DNA from: Promethearchaeota archaeon
GTDB lineage: Archaea; Asgardarchaeota; Thorarchaeia; Thorarchaeales; Thorarchaeaceae
Length of the DNA: 64,000 nucleotides
Direction of reading: 5' to 3'
Assembly (NCBI GenBank): GCA_014728035.1
Contig: WJMJ01000078.1
Location: 32,001-96,000, forward strand
Position 1 is the first letter of the stretch, and each line of letters starts with the position of its first letter. Both the position numbers and the translations under genes were made by a program. This document shows positions 50,734-59,464 of the stretch, one piece after another. Under the pieces are notes generated by a model. That model was not told the DNA's origin. It was given only the letters and a program-made list of their open reading frames with translations, and ran no database searches.

Positions 50734-51276
50734 TTATTCCTCCCTTAGAGCTCTCATTGGTGGTATTCGCATCGCCCTAAGTTGTGCAAAGATAAGTCCA
50801 GGAATCTGGAGTAACACGACGTAGAACAGTGACGTGAACATAGCAGCTGCATCTAATGCGATAATATCATGCACCCAATAAAGAGGTGATGAGGTTGATG
50901 CGTCAAAATACGCAATAAGTCCTAGAATTTCAACACTGATCTGGAACACAACTAGAAATGCACTTAATGCAACTAGGACAACTTCTCCAACTAGCAACAA
51001 CAGAATGTCAGAGTTATTCCATGAAACACATTTGAGTATAGCAATGTCCTTCCTTCGGAACTGAGATATCAAGATTGCATAGAGTGTGGCAACAATGAAT
51101 GCCATTAGGAGCCAAGGCAGCTCTCCGTACTGAGACGCTCCTGGAAGCTCGATTACACCCTGCAGTCCCTTAGCCACTAATACAATAAGAATCGCATAAA
51201 TGATGATAAATGCGACCACTCGTTTAGTGGCCCGAAAGGCGAATTTTATACTTTTTGTCAGAATTCGAAAATTCAA
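50734..51276 (-). CDS. Minimal FtsX-like permease (4 TM, no extracytoplasmic domain)
   Basis: RRKDIAILKCVSW, RAMRIPPMRALREE; GGAGG ribosome-binding site. Confidence 0.82.
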   Translation of the reverse strand: MNFRILTKSIKFAFRATKRVVAFIIIYAILIVLVAKGLQGVIELPGASQYGELPWLLMAFIVATLYAILISQFRRKDIAILKCVSWNNSDILLLLVGEVVLVALSAFLVVFQISVEILGLIAYFDASTSSPLYWVHDIIALDAAAMFTSLFYVVLLQIPGLIFAQLRAMRIPPMRALREE

Positions 51277-51369
51277 ATTATAAGACCTCCAATAAGGTTG
51301 GCGTGTCGATAGTATTCACAAAGAGGGATACCTAATGTGCTTTTTGGCTACACATTTTTTATGTGATTT

Positions 51370-51561
51370 TTACTCAACGACTTTTACATCTACCTCTGAG
51401 AGTATTGCTGGCCCTCCTTGATCAGGCCACAATTCTTTTCTTAGAAGGTCGCGAACGGCAACACGGATTGCTTCGCTTCTAGAGGGGTACATTCCCTTCT
51501 CCACTAATTTATCGAGTCCATTAACATAGAGCTCGCTCATCTTGACTGTTACTAGTTGCAT
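51370..51561 (-). CDS. Ribbon-helix-helix regulator, CdrS-like
   Basis: MQLVTVKM...LDKLVEKGMYPSRSEAIRVAVRDLL. Confidence 0.85.
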   Translation of the reverse strand: MQLVTVKMSELYVNGLDKLVEKGMYPSRSEAIRVAVRDLLRKELWPDQGGPAILSEVDVKVVE

Positions 51562-51813
51562 TCATTGTCCTCCCGACTATTGCGAATCGAGTTGGGCGAA
51601 ATATAACAGCTTCGGAATAAGTAGAAGTAAGAGCGATTTACGCGCCAATGTTTCGGGGGATTCATCAGTGCTTTTTGAAATAGGTCCGTTGCGAAAAAGG
51701 CTATATAATGTCATTATACATTCAATTCTAAGTCATGAACCATATCGGTCTAGATACTACCGACAATTCACTCTGTTCAAGACGTAACAAATGACCCAAG
51801 GCGGAGATAGACT

Positions 51814-52350
51814 ATGACTGAAGGCTTTGATTATATGCGGAAGGTTGTGATGATAGGAGCAGGTGGTAGTGGAAAGACCGCACTGGTGAACAGATTTCTG
51901 ACCCAGAAGTTCTCCGAGCAGTATATCGTTACGATTGGATCTCAGTTCGCAGTAAAAACTGTTGAAGTTCCTCAAAATGAACAGTCGGTAAAAGTGAAAT
52001 TATTGGTCTGGGACCTTGCGGGCCAGGAACGTTTTGACTTTATCCGTACAAGCTATTATCGTGGGTCAAAGGGAGCCCTGTTGGTATTCGATGTGACGAG
52101 AAAGAGTACATATATGGAACTACCTAAATGGATTGAAGAAACTGAGAAGGCACTAAATGAACGGATTCCAATCGTACTTCTTGCTAATAAAGTAGACCTC
52201 GTTGAGGATCGTGTCATCACTACTGAGATGGGCGAAAAGTTCGTTGAAGAGAATAATCTTGAAGGGTATCTCGAAACCAGTGCACTTACAGGTCAAAATG
52301 TTGAAGAAGCTTTCAAAATTCTCGCTCGGAAAAGTATCCAGAAGAAGTAA
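51814..52350 (+). CDS. Rab-like small GTPase (no C-terminal prenylation motif)
   Basis: GAGGSGKT, TIG, WDLAGQERF, YYRG, NKVD, ETSA. Confidence 0.95.
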   Translation: MTEGFDYMRKVVMIGAGGSGKTALVNRFLTQKFSEQYIVTIGSQFAVKTVEVPQNEQSVKVKLLVWDLAGQERFDFIRTSYYRGSKGALLVFDVTRKSTYMELPKWIEETEKALNERIPIVLLANKVDLVEDRVITTEMGEKFVEENNLEGYLETSALTGQNVEEAFKILARKSIQKK

Positions 52351-52425
52351 ATTGGCGGAAATAGCTAGACATAATTATACTATCCTATGCTTTTTCATCT
52401 AGAAACGGCACTGGATGAACATATC

Positions 52426-53559
52426 ATGCCCGATTCAAAGTTGAATATTGATTTTCTAGAAAAACTGTGTAATGCTTTCGGCCCTAGTGGTTTCGAACGT
52501 GAAGCACAGAAAGTTGCGTTCGATTATGGTAAAGAGTTTGCAGAGGACATTGAATATGACCGGATGGGTTCCGTTGTATTCAAGCATGGGTCAAAAGGTC
52601 CAAAAATCATGCTTGCTGGTCATATTGATGAAATCGGATTTGTTATCACTGAGATAACAAAGAAAGGTTTCCTCAAGTTTCATCAGCTGGGTGGTTGGTG
52701 GGATCAGACTCTTCTAACTCAAGAGGTTCTCATTCATCCCTCTCAAGGAGATGACGAGATAATTGGAATCATTGGTGCACCTCCACCACATATCCTCAGC
52801 CCGGAGGCTCGCAGCAAGGTGGTTACCAAAGATAAGATGTACATCGATATTGGAGCTTCTTCTGAGAAAGAGGTCAAAGATCTTGGTATTAGAGTTGGTG
52901 ACCCTGCAGTTCCTTATGCATTCTTCAGAACCATGGAGCGAATTCGAGAAGAGAAAAAGGAAGACTCTGACGAGAAGGAAACTCGTAAAGTGACCCTCGC
53001 AGCAGCAAAGGCATTCGATGATCGAATAGGCGTTTTCATTGGCCTTGAAGTACTTCGACGGTTATCAGAAGATAAGATTGAACACCCGAATACACTCTAT
53101 ATGGTCTCAACAACTCAGGAAGAGGTTGGATTGCGAGGAGCCAGAACGTCTGCACAGATGATTCAACCAGACATTGGTTTCTCTCTAGATGTTGACATTT
53201 CTGGTGACGTACCTGGCGCGGAAGGTATTGTTCAAAAAATGGGCAAAGGAGTGTCCATCTCAGCAGGAGACGGTTCTATGATTCCAAATCCAAAATTCCG
53301 TCAATTTGTTACAGAAGTAGCTGAGGAGATTGGTGTTCGTCATCAACCTGCATTTCTTAAATCTGGAGGTACAGATGCTGGAATCATACACATAACAGGA
53401 ATGGGGGCTCCCTCATTGTTCTTGGGCATTCCAACTCGTCACATTCATTCACATCATGCCTTACTTGATCTGTCTGATGTAGAGAATGCAATCACACTGC
53501 TTGTCGAAGTAATCAAACGACTCGATAAGAAGACAGTTGATAGCTTCACCAAGTTGTAA
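52426..53559 (+). CDS. M42 (TET) aminopeptidase
   Basis: GHIDEIG, KAFDDR, QEEVGLRGA, GGTDAG, RHIHS. Confidence 0.93.
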   Translation: MPDSKLNIDFLEKLCNAFGPSGFEREAQKVAFDYGKEFAEDIEYDRMGSVVFKHGSKGPKIMLAGHIDEIGFVITEITKKGFLKFHQLGGWWDQTLLTQEVLIHPSQGDDEIIGIIGAPPPHILSPEARSKVVTKDKMYIDIGASSEKEVKDLGIRVGDPAVPYAFFRTMERIREEKKEDSDEKETRKVTLAAAKAFDDRIGVFIGLEVLRRLSEDKIEHPNTLYMVSTTQEEVGLRGARTSAQMIQPDIGFSLDVDISGDVPGAEGIVQKMGKGVSISAGDGSMIPNPKFRQFVTEVAEEIGVRHQPAFLKSGGTDAGIIHITGMGAPSLFLGIPTRHIHSHHALLDLSDVENAITLLVEVIKRLDKKTVDSFTKL

Positions 53560-53573
53560 AAAAAGAAATAGAA

Positions 53574-53593
53574 AGTCAGTGTAAAGACACTGA
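53574..53593. terminator. Hairpin between convergent genes
   Basis: GTCAGTGT-AAAG-ACACTGAC flanked by A tracts (U tracts on the - strand). Confidence 0.5.
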
Positions 53594-53617
53594 CAAAAAA
53601 GCTGGTCACTTCAGTGA

Positions 53618-54706
53618 CTAGCGTTCTCTTTTTCCTTCAATAAATTCATCTACACGTTTTCTTGCTTCAAAATCATCAATTTGATATCTAGGATGTTTGA
53701 AACTGTAAGAGCTGATACTAGATAGTTCTCCACCAATTCCACGGTCTAACGCAATCTTAACAGCACGAATGACATCAATAATAACACCAGCACTGTTTGG
53801 TGAGTCTTGTACCGAGAGTTTAAGATCAAGGTCTAAAGGTAGGTCTCCAAAAGCTCTCGAACGCATGCTAATGTAGCATACTTTGTTGTCTTCGAGGAAT
53901 GGTACGTAATCGCTTGGACCAATCTTAGTGGGTAATTCGTACTCTACGCAGCTTGTGACCGCTTCGGTCTTACTGACTCTCTTTGAGGCTAGTCTGTCTT
54001 CAACCTGCATATTTTCAAAATCTGTGTTTCCACCGATATTCAACTGGTACGTGTTCTTCAGAATAAGACCTCGTTTATCAAAAAGTTGTGCTAATACACG
54101 ATGCAGAATAGTTGCACCTAGTTGACTCTTAATGTCATCACCAGCACAAGGTATGCCTTTTTCGACAAAACCCTTTGCGATTGGATCGTCGGGATTTGAA
54201 ACAATGAACTCTGGAATTGCATTTATGAAACCAATACCTGCATCTAATGCTGCTTGTGCATACATTCTCGACCCATCCGCACTACCAACTGGTAGATAAC
54301 TGACCAACACATCTGCGTCGACTTTTTTGAGTTCTTCAGCAACATCAACTGGTTCAATTTCACTTTCATCATATGCGAAAAATGACTCACGCATATGTGG
54401 TGCCACTCCATCCGATATGGGTCCTGGAAGAACTTTCACCCCAGTTTTTGGAACATCTGGAGCAAATCTCTCGCAACAGTTTGGTTCCTCCCAGATTGCA
54501 TCCGCAATGTCTAATCCAATCTTTCGTGAGTTTGCCTCAAAAGCAGCGACAAATTTCAAATCTTTAGGGAAATATCCGCCAAAATCGACGTGCATGAGGC
54601 CTGGAATCTCCTCATTTGCTTTGGCATCTCGATAGTAGTGTACACCTTGAATTAGCGCAGAGGCGCAGTTTCCAAGTCCTGCTATTGCAACGCGAACTTC
54701 ACTCAT
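53618..54706 (-). CDS. ino1: Inositol-3-phosphate synthase
   Basis: GLGNCASALIQG, SYLPVGS, GDDIKSQLGAT, QLNIGGNTDF, DSPNSAG. Confidence 0.95.
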   Translation of the reverse strand: MSEVRVAIAGLGNCASALIQGVHYYRDAKANEEIPGLMHVDFGGYFPKDLKFVAAFEANSRKIGLDIADAIWEEPNCCERFAPDVPKTGVKVLPGPISDGVAPHMRESFFAYDESEIEPVDVAEELKKVDADVLVSYLPVGSADGSRMYAQAALDAGIGFINAIPEFIVSNPDDPIAKGFVEKGIPCAGDDIKSQLGATILHRVLAQLFDKRGLILKNTYQLNIGGNTDFENMQVEDRLASKRVSKTEAVTSCVEYELPTKIGPSDYVPFLEDNKVCYISMRSRAFGDLPLDLDLKLSVQDSPNSAGVIIDVIRAVKIALDRGIGGELSSISSYSFKHPRYQIDDFEARKRVDEFIEGKRER

Positions 54707-54781
54707 AATTATGTCACCTTACTAAGGTATTCTTTGGCCATAGAATAGTCAGTCCTTTTAAGATTATCGAGGTGGATGTTT

Positions 54782-55594
54782 CTATTCATCAAGATCGTTT
54801 TCAGATTCAGCAGCATATTTCATATACAACACTTTTTTTGCCCCAGCCACTGTCTTTGGTCCTATACCTGAAATCTGCGTCCAATCATCAAGACGAGTAA
54901 TAGCTTCGTAAGGAGAACCAAATTTTTCAAGTATGGACTTTGCTCGGACTACGTTTACGCTAGGAAGTCCAGCAATGAAAAATTCCTGTTCATCAGCCAT
55001 GGAGTCCAATCCTTTTCTGGTTCTAATTGTAGGTAACCTTTTTCCTTTAGTTTCACGTTTCTCTTCGTCACCTATAAGAACCCCATAAAGCAAGCCAGCA
55101 GAATGTAATGCATTGAACCCCTTGATGATTTCAATCCCTTTTTCTTCAATACTTTCAATGAGAGCATCGAGAGCCGATGGATGGATATAGCTTGCACGTT
55201 CCATAGTAACATAGAATGGTTTCCCTTTGGTCTTGTTCGATTTGAATGGGATATACACACAGCCCTTCATAGGATCTCTACGAATAGCCAGAATATTTTC
55301 AATCAACAGGTACGGATTTTCATATTGAAGTAAAGCATCCATCTGTTTTGTTAGTCGCGGCACCCCTGATTTACTTCCTTTTAGTGTACTGACAAGATCA
55401 TTGACCGTTTTTCTCTCAATGGCAATTCCTTCCATTCCCAACACATCTCCAATTGGGATTTTTTCGATGGTGAAAGGAATATCTTCCTTCTTGAGCATCT
55501 CCATGAGCAACTTAACAGAGTTCATTCTTTTGCCGCTTGTTTCATGTACATCTATTACAATCTGCGGAACATTACCAAAAAGGTCCATCTGCAT
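54782..55594 (-). CDS. Short XPF/ERCC4 structure-specific nuclease with HhH motifs
   Basis: IDVHE, GD, IERKTVNDL, GLPSV and ISGIGPKT. Confidence 0.88.
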   Translation of the reverse strand: MQMDLFGNVPQIVIDVHETSGKRMNSVKLLMEMLKKEDIPFTIEKIPIGDVLGMEGIAIERKTVNDLVSTLKGSKSGVPRLTKQMDALLQYENPYLLIENILAIRRDPMKGCVYIPFKSNKTKGKPFYVTMERASYIHPSALDALIESIEEKGIEIIKGFNALHSAGLLYGVLIGDEEKRETKGKRLPTIRTRKGLDSMADEQEFFIAGLPSVNVVRAKSILEKFGSPYEAITRLDDWTQISGIGPKTVAGAKKVLYMKYAAESENDLDE

Positions 55595-55596
55595 TG

Positions 55597-56232
55597 CTAA
55601 TCCTCATTAAAGAGTGTCATTACTGCTGCCATAGAGATTTCTCGTGCTAGATTAGCCTCATCACTAGAACCAATTACTATGACATCTCCATTTTCCGGTC
55701 TAAGACTCTCTCGAATTAGCAGTGCTTCAGCTTCATACTCAAGTACAACTTTGAAATCATCAGGAGGCATCACCAACAGCCCATCATTGAAAAGCAGAGT
55801 TGTTGCTCCTGCTTTGCCATATCCGCCTTGGATTATCGCTTCATCCCGTTGTCGGATTCCATCAGTAACTTGACCTGCCTTTCCTTTCACTATGTTCGCA
55901 TATGCCTTTTCAAGTACTACAAGATTAGGAATTTCCAAGAATAGTCCAAAAGGGACATCACTCACAATAGCATCGAATAGTTTCTGACCGGACTCGGTTA
56001 GTTTCTGACCCTGTTTGCCCTCAGCAGTGATATAGTCACTTTCTGAGAGTCTTTTGAGAAGTGTTCTTGCACTGCCTTCACCTATTGACAGATTGCTGCA
56101 TAGTTCATATCTTCCAAGTGGTTGCTGACGGCCAATCATTATCAAAGCAACTGCTACATGGTACGGACGGAAAGATGGTGCCACACGTCCATCAGCAGGT
56201 TCTGCAATATTGTTGATCTCGTGAATCCACAA
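55597..56232 (-). CDS. Winged-helix protein, DUF4443-like
   Basis: PLGRYEL...IGEGSARTLLKRL, GIRQRDEAI...GATT. Confidence 0.75.
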   Translation of the reverse strand: MWIHEINNIAEPADGRVAPSFRPYHVAVALIMIGRQQPLGRYELCSNLSIGEGSARTLLKRLSESDYITAEGKQGQKLTESGQKLFDAIVSDVPFGLFLEIPNLVVLEKAYANIVKGKAGQVTDGIRQRDEAIIQGGYGKAGATTLLFNDGLLVMPPDDFKVVLEYEAEALLIRESLRPENGDVIVIGSSDEANLAREISMAAVMTLFNED

Positions 56233-56250
56233 TGTGTTTACACTCCAATT

Positions 56251-56877
56251 TTATTTTCTCTCCTCTGCTTTTGATTCTTCGCAATCACAGTCTGGTAGGT
56301 CTTTCGAATCAAACCAAATATAATCACTCATTTGCTCTCTTATTGTTTCGTCAACTATGGGAACTCCCAAGGCAAAAATTACTGTATTTGACATAACATG
56401 AACCATCATGAAGAATAGACCTGTCAGAAGTGTGACGTGATATGGAATAGAAAAGGCATATGCATAGCCTGCATTTGTAATGAGGTCGAAAAGCATTGTT
56501 AACAAAGCACCACTTACTCCTAATTCGATCACTCTTACTCTTCGCGACGTTCTCGCGGTTATATTTCGACCAAGTATTGATCCAGACATTGAAATAAACA
56601 TCCAAGCTACAACTTGAGAAAACCAAATCGGGGGAATAAATGCACCCCACGGATTGATACTGCCATATATTATAGACATGATAATAGTACTCCAAGCTGC
56701 CATTTGGAATCCAAATAGATATGCAGTTATGAAGAGGATTACAGTTCCAAATTCTACATTGGGAATACCCACTAATGTATAATTTCCAACAATTGCCAAT
56801 GCGGTCATTATTGAAGCAATGGAGACCCACCTACTACGAGACAAATTCTCTTTCTTCATATGCAGGTCTCCATTCAA
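56251..56877 (-). CDS. ECF transporter S component (probably cobalamin, CbrT-like)
   Basis: IPNVE, six transmembrane helices, FDLITN, HVMSN; adjacent to DUF4430. Confidence 0.75.
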   Translation of the reverse strand: MNGDLHMKKENLSRSRWVSIASIMTALAIVGNYTLVGIPNVEFGTVILFITAYLFGFQMAAWSTIIMSIIYGSINPWGAFIPPIWFSQVVAWMFISMSGSILGRNITARTSRRVRVIELGVSGALLTMLFDLITNAGYAYAFSIPYHVTLLTGLFFMMVHVMSNTVIFALGVPIVDETIREQMSDYIWFDSKDLPDCDCEESKAEERK

Positions 56878-56882
56878 AACAC

Positions 56883-57617
56883 CTATTTCTTCTTGAATAG
56901 TGCTATAAAAGCTACGAGTGTTATAATTGCAATAGAAGTAATTCCTAGAACTACCAACATATTTGTAGTAGTAATGGAATGTAATTCAAATTCTAGGACA
57001 AATGGCGTACCAAACGAGTAGCTTGTTTTTGCATATACAAGAACTCCAGTTGTCAAGTCATATGACAATTCTGTTTCTTGTGGTTCTCCAAACGTGGGTT
57101 CATCTTGAACATAAGTAAAGGTGATACAATTGTATTCTTTTCCGGATACTTCTACAATTTCATAACTTGATGTCATTGTGCCATTCATGAAATTCCCTGG
57201 AATTCGTTCAGCAGAAGCATATGCACTCGAGTTGAGATTTGCGATGCTAGTCTCATCAGTTTCAATAATCAGACCAGGTAAGAAGGATTCTAATCCCCAC
57301 ACCCCCAAAACAAAATCTTTTGCGATAGCAGTATCATTTGCATCAAGAGATACATTTCCAATTGTTAGTCTACCTTGAACATCTTCATGTATTTGTTGAA
57401 TTGAAAATGTAATCAAACTGTTTGGTTCTGCAATCCATGCTGTTGTTCCAACCCAGAAGAGACCAAATGCCGTATCTGGGCTATCAATTAACCTCCATGC
57501 AATCTCAGGGCTGTTAATCAAATCCGGAGAGGGTATTCCATAGTGTTCATTTTGATATGCAGTTCCCGCGAGAATAACACTCGTGACAACAAGTAGTGTT
57601 AATAGTCTTGCATTCAT
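56883..57617 (-). CDS. Secreted, C-terminally anchored protein
   Basis: Signal peptide, YDLTTGVLV, C-terminal transmembrane helix followed by KKK. Confidence 0.7.
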   Translation of the reverse strand: MNARLLTLLVVTSVILAGTAYQNEHYGIPSPDLINSPEIAWRLIDSPDTAFGLFWVGTTAWIAEPNSLITFSIQQIHEDVQGRLTIGNVSLDANDTAIAKDFVLGVWGLESFLPGLIIETDETSIANLNSSAYASAERIPGNFMNGTMTSSYEIVEVSGKEYNCITFTYVQDEPTFGEPQETELSYDLTTGVLVYAKTSYSFGTPFVLEFELHSITTTNMLVVLGITSIAIITLVAFIALFKKK

Positions 57618-58099
57618 TCTTTATACCTTCTTGAAATAATCAGTAAAAATCCCACCCCGATTGCGCCTATAACTACAATGCCAACAAGTAGAGATGGATC
57701 CGTGGAATCTGTTGTTGGAGCATTATAGGATACAAGCTTCCATTCAACTGTATCATAGTCATCAAGAATATACTTGTTAGCTGCTATGGATCCATATTCA
57801 CCATTAATCCAATATTGCCACCACTTTCCTTCTTGACTACTTTGTGAAACTCCATCAATTGCAGTTACAAATACAAGATTACCTTCCCATTCATACTCAA
57901 CTGGCAGAACAGATTCTGTTAGATTTAACACGGTATCTGAAGACAAGTCATTGAAAGTTCTAAGAGTCCCATTACCAAAATCGACCTGCAGTGTTATTCC
58001 CAATGCAGCTTGATTGTACTCGGATGCAGATATACTAGTAGAAACTGATGTCGGACATAGAAGTAAAACAACAACCAGTAGATGCAATATCTTTTTCAT
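57614..58099 (-). CDS. DUF4430 (transcobalamin C-terminal-like) surface protein
   Basis: VDFGNG, FVTAIDGV, WWQYWING...AA..Y.L.D.D.VEW. Confidence 0.85.
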   Translation of the reverse strand: MKKILHLLVVVLLLCPTSVSTSISASEYNQAALGITLQVDFGNGTLRTFNDLSSDTVLNLTESVLPVEYEWEGNLVFVTAIDGVSQSSQEGKWWQYWINGEYGSIAANKYILDDYDTVEWKLVSYNAPTTDSTDPSLLVGIVVIGAIGVGFLLIISRRYKE

Positions 58100-58324
58100 T
58101 GACGTATCTCCATAGGATAGGATAACCTGTCCTACAACAACCCCCTCTTAAATCTGACTAAAGACCTATTCTCAATTTACAAAATCCAGCTATGAACTGA
58201 AGAAGTACAGAAACCGCCCGCAACTCCATAGGAAGATAAGATTATTTCATTATTTAAAGTAGAAAATGAGTACTAGGTAGTAGATCCAGTTATTCTTCTT
58301 GAAACTGATTTGAACTGTAATCAA

Positions 58325-58521
58325 GACAGTGACATCTGATATCGTGAATCAGCTGGGCAGAGAACTCTGCAAGGGGACCTAGCCCGTAAATAGGGCTATT
58401 AGAACGAACGAACGCGGTTTGACGCAAGTCGCTAATCGCAGTTTGTTACATGGGAGGGGTGCCCAGACAATTAAACACGTCAGATGTCATGTCATTAGCA
58501 AATTTCTTCAGTCCCCTGAAG
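58325..58521 (-). ncRNA. Putative structured RNA element B, upstream of the DUF4430/ECF operon (strand uncertain)
   Basis: GACAGTGACATCTGA 58325-58339/TCAGATGTCATGTC 58480-58493; CTGGGCA/TGCCCAG; GCAGAG/CTCTGC; TAGCCC/GGGCTA; CTTCAG/CTGAAG 58506-58521. Confidence 0.55.
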
Positions 58522-58661
58522 TCCTCTCTCACATATATTATCCGTCACAGTTGCTTAAATATTGTTTGATGCGCGTTATTTCTGACTTCACACCTAAATA
58601 CACAATATCGCATACTAGAGATTCATCTAAGACTAACCGAAGGACTAATACGTAGATACCT

Positions 58662-59336
58662 ATGCATCAAAAAATCATTGGCGGGCGAACACTTGTGGCT
58701 CAAAGAGAAAAGAAATACCCAGGACACCTTTTTGTTTTAGAAGGAATAGATGGTGCTGGTAAGACTGAAGTCTGTCATCATGTAGCTGGGCATTTATTGG
58801 AAAAAGGACTAGACGTGATAATATTACGAGAGCCCACAGATGAAAGTAAATGGGGAAAAAGAATACGTCAAAAATCTCAGAGAGGTGAATTAACCCCCTC
58901 TGAAGAACTAGAACTATTCATCAGGGATAGAGACTGGAATATTCAAAATCGATTACTTCCCGCAATGGAGAAGGGACAAATTGTTCTCATGGATCGCTAC
59001 TTTTTTGCCACAGGAGCGTACCAAAGTACTAGCACAGGAATACATTGGTCTGAAATTCTAAAGCGAAATCGTGAAGAAATAAATGCACTCGAACCGGACA
59101 TAATCTTCATTCTTGATATACCAGCCGAACAAGGTCTCTGCCGAGTAATGGGAAGGGGTTGTGAAACAAACCAGCAATTTGAAAAACTGGATCGGCTTGT
59201 TCAAGTTCGCCAAAGGTATCTTGAAATGGCAGAAAGAGATACAGGCAACTATTTTCTTATTGATGCCACACTGCCATTGGAGAAAGTAGTGGATTCAGTT
59301 CAAAATGTCATTCTTTCATTTATAAATATTCAATAA
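58662..59336 (+). CDS. tmk: Thymidylate kinase
   Basis: LEGIDGAGKT, REPT, DRY...AYQ, PD. Confidence 0.93.
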   Translation: MHQKIIGGRTLVAQREKKYPGHLFVLEGIDGAGKTEVCHHVAGHLLEKGLDVIILREPTDESKWGKRIRQKSQRGELTPSEELELFIRDRDWNIQNRLLPAMEKGQIVLMDRYFFATGAYQSTSTGIHWSEILKRNREEINALEPDIIFILDIPAEQGLCRVMGRGCETNQQFEKLDRLVQVRQRYLEMAERDTGNYFLIDATLPLEKVVDSVQNVILSFINIQ

Positions 59337-59464
59337 TTTTAGGGATATTAAAAAATCCGCGGAAAGTATAGTGACAAGCTTTTTTAGTAACTCGGCAAAC
59401 ATCGCTATAGAATAGGTTGTACTTTCGTACAAGTTCAACTGAAGGGACCTGGAGAAAAACAAGA

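Noticed and set aside
58325-58521. Canonical cobalamin or c-di-AMP riboswitch
   Set aside because: Conserved B12-box (GGGAA, GCCACUG) and ydaO core motifs were not seen on either strand
58419-58655. 78-aa ORF in the element B region
   Set aside because: TTG start, no ribosome-binding site, no motif; sequence is better explained by RNA structure and promoters
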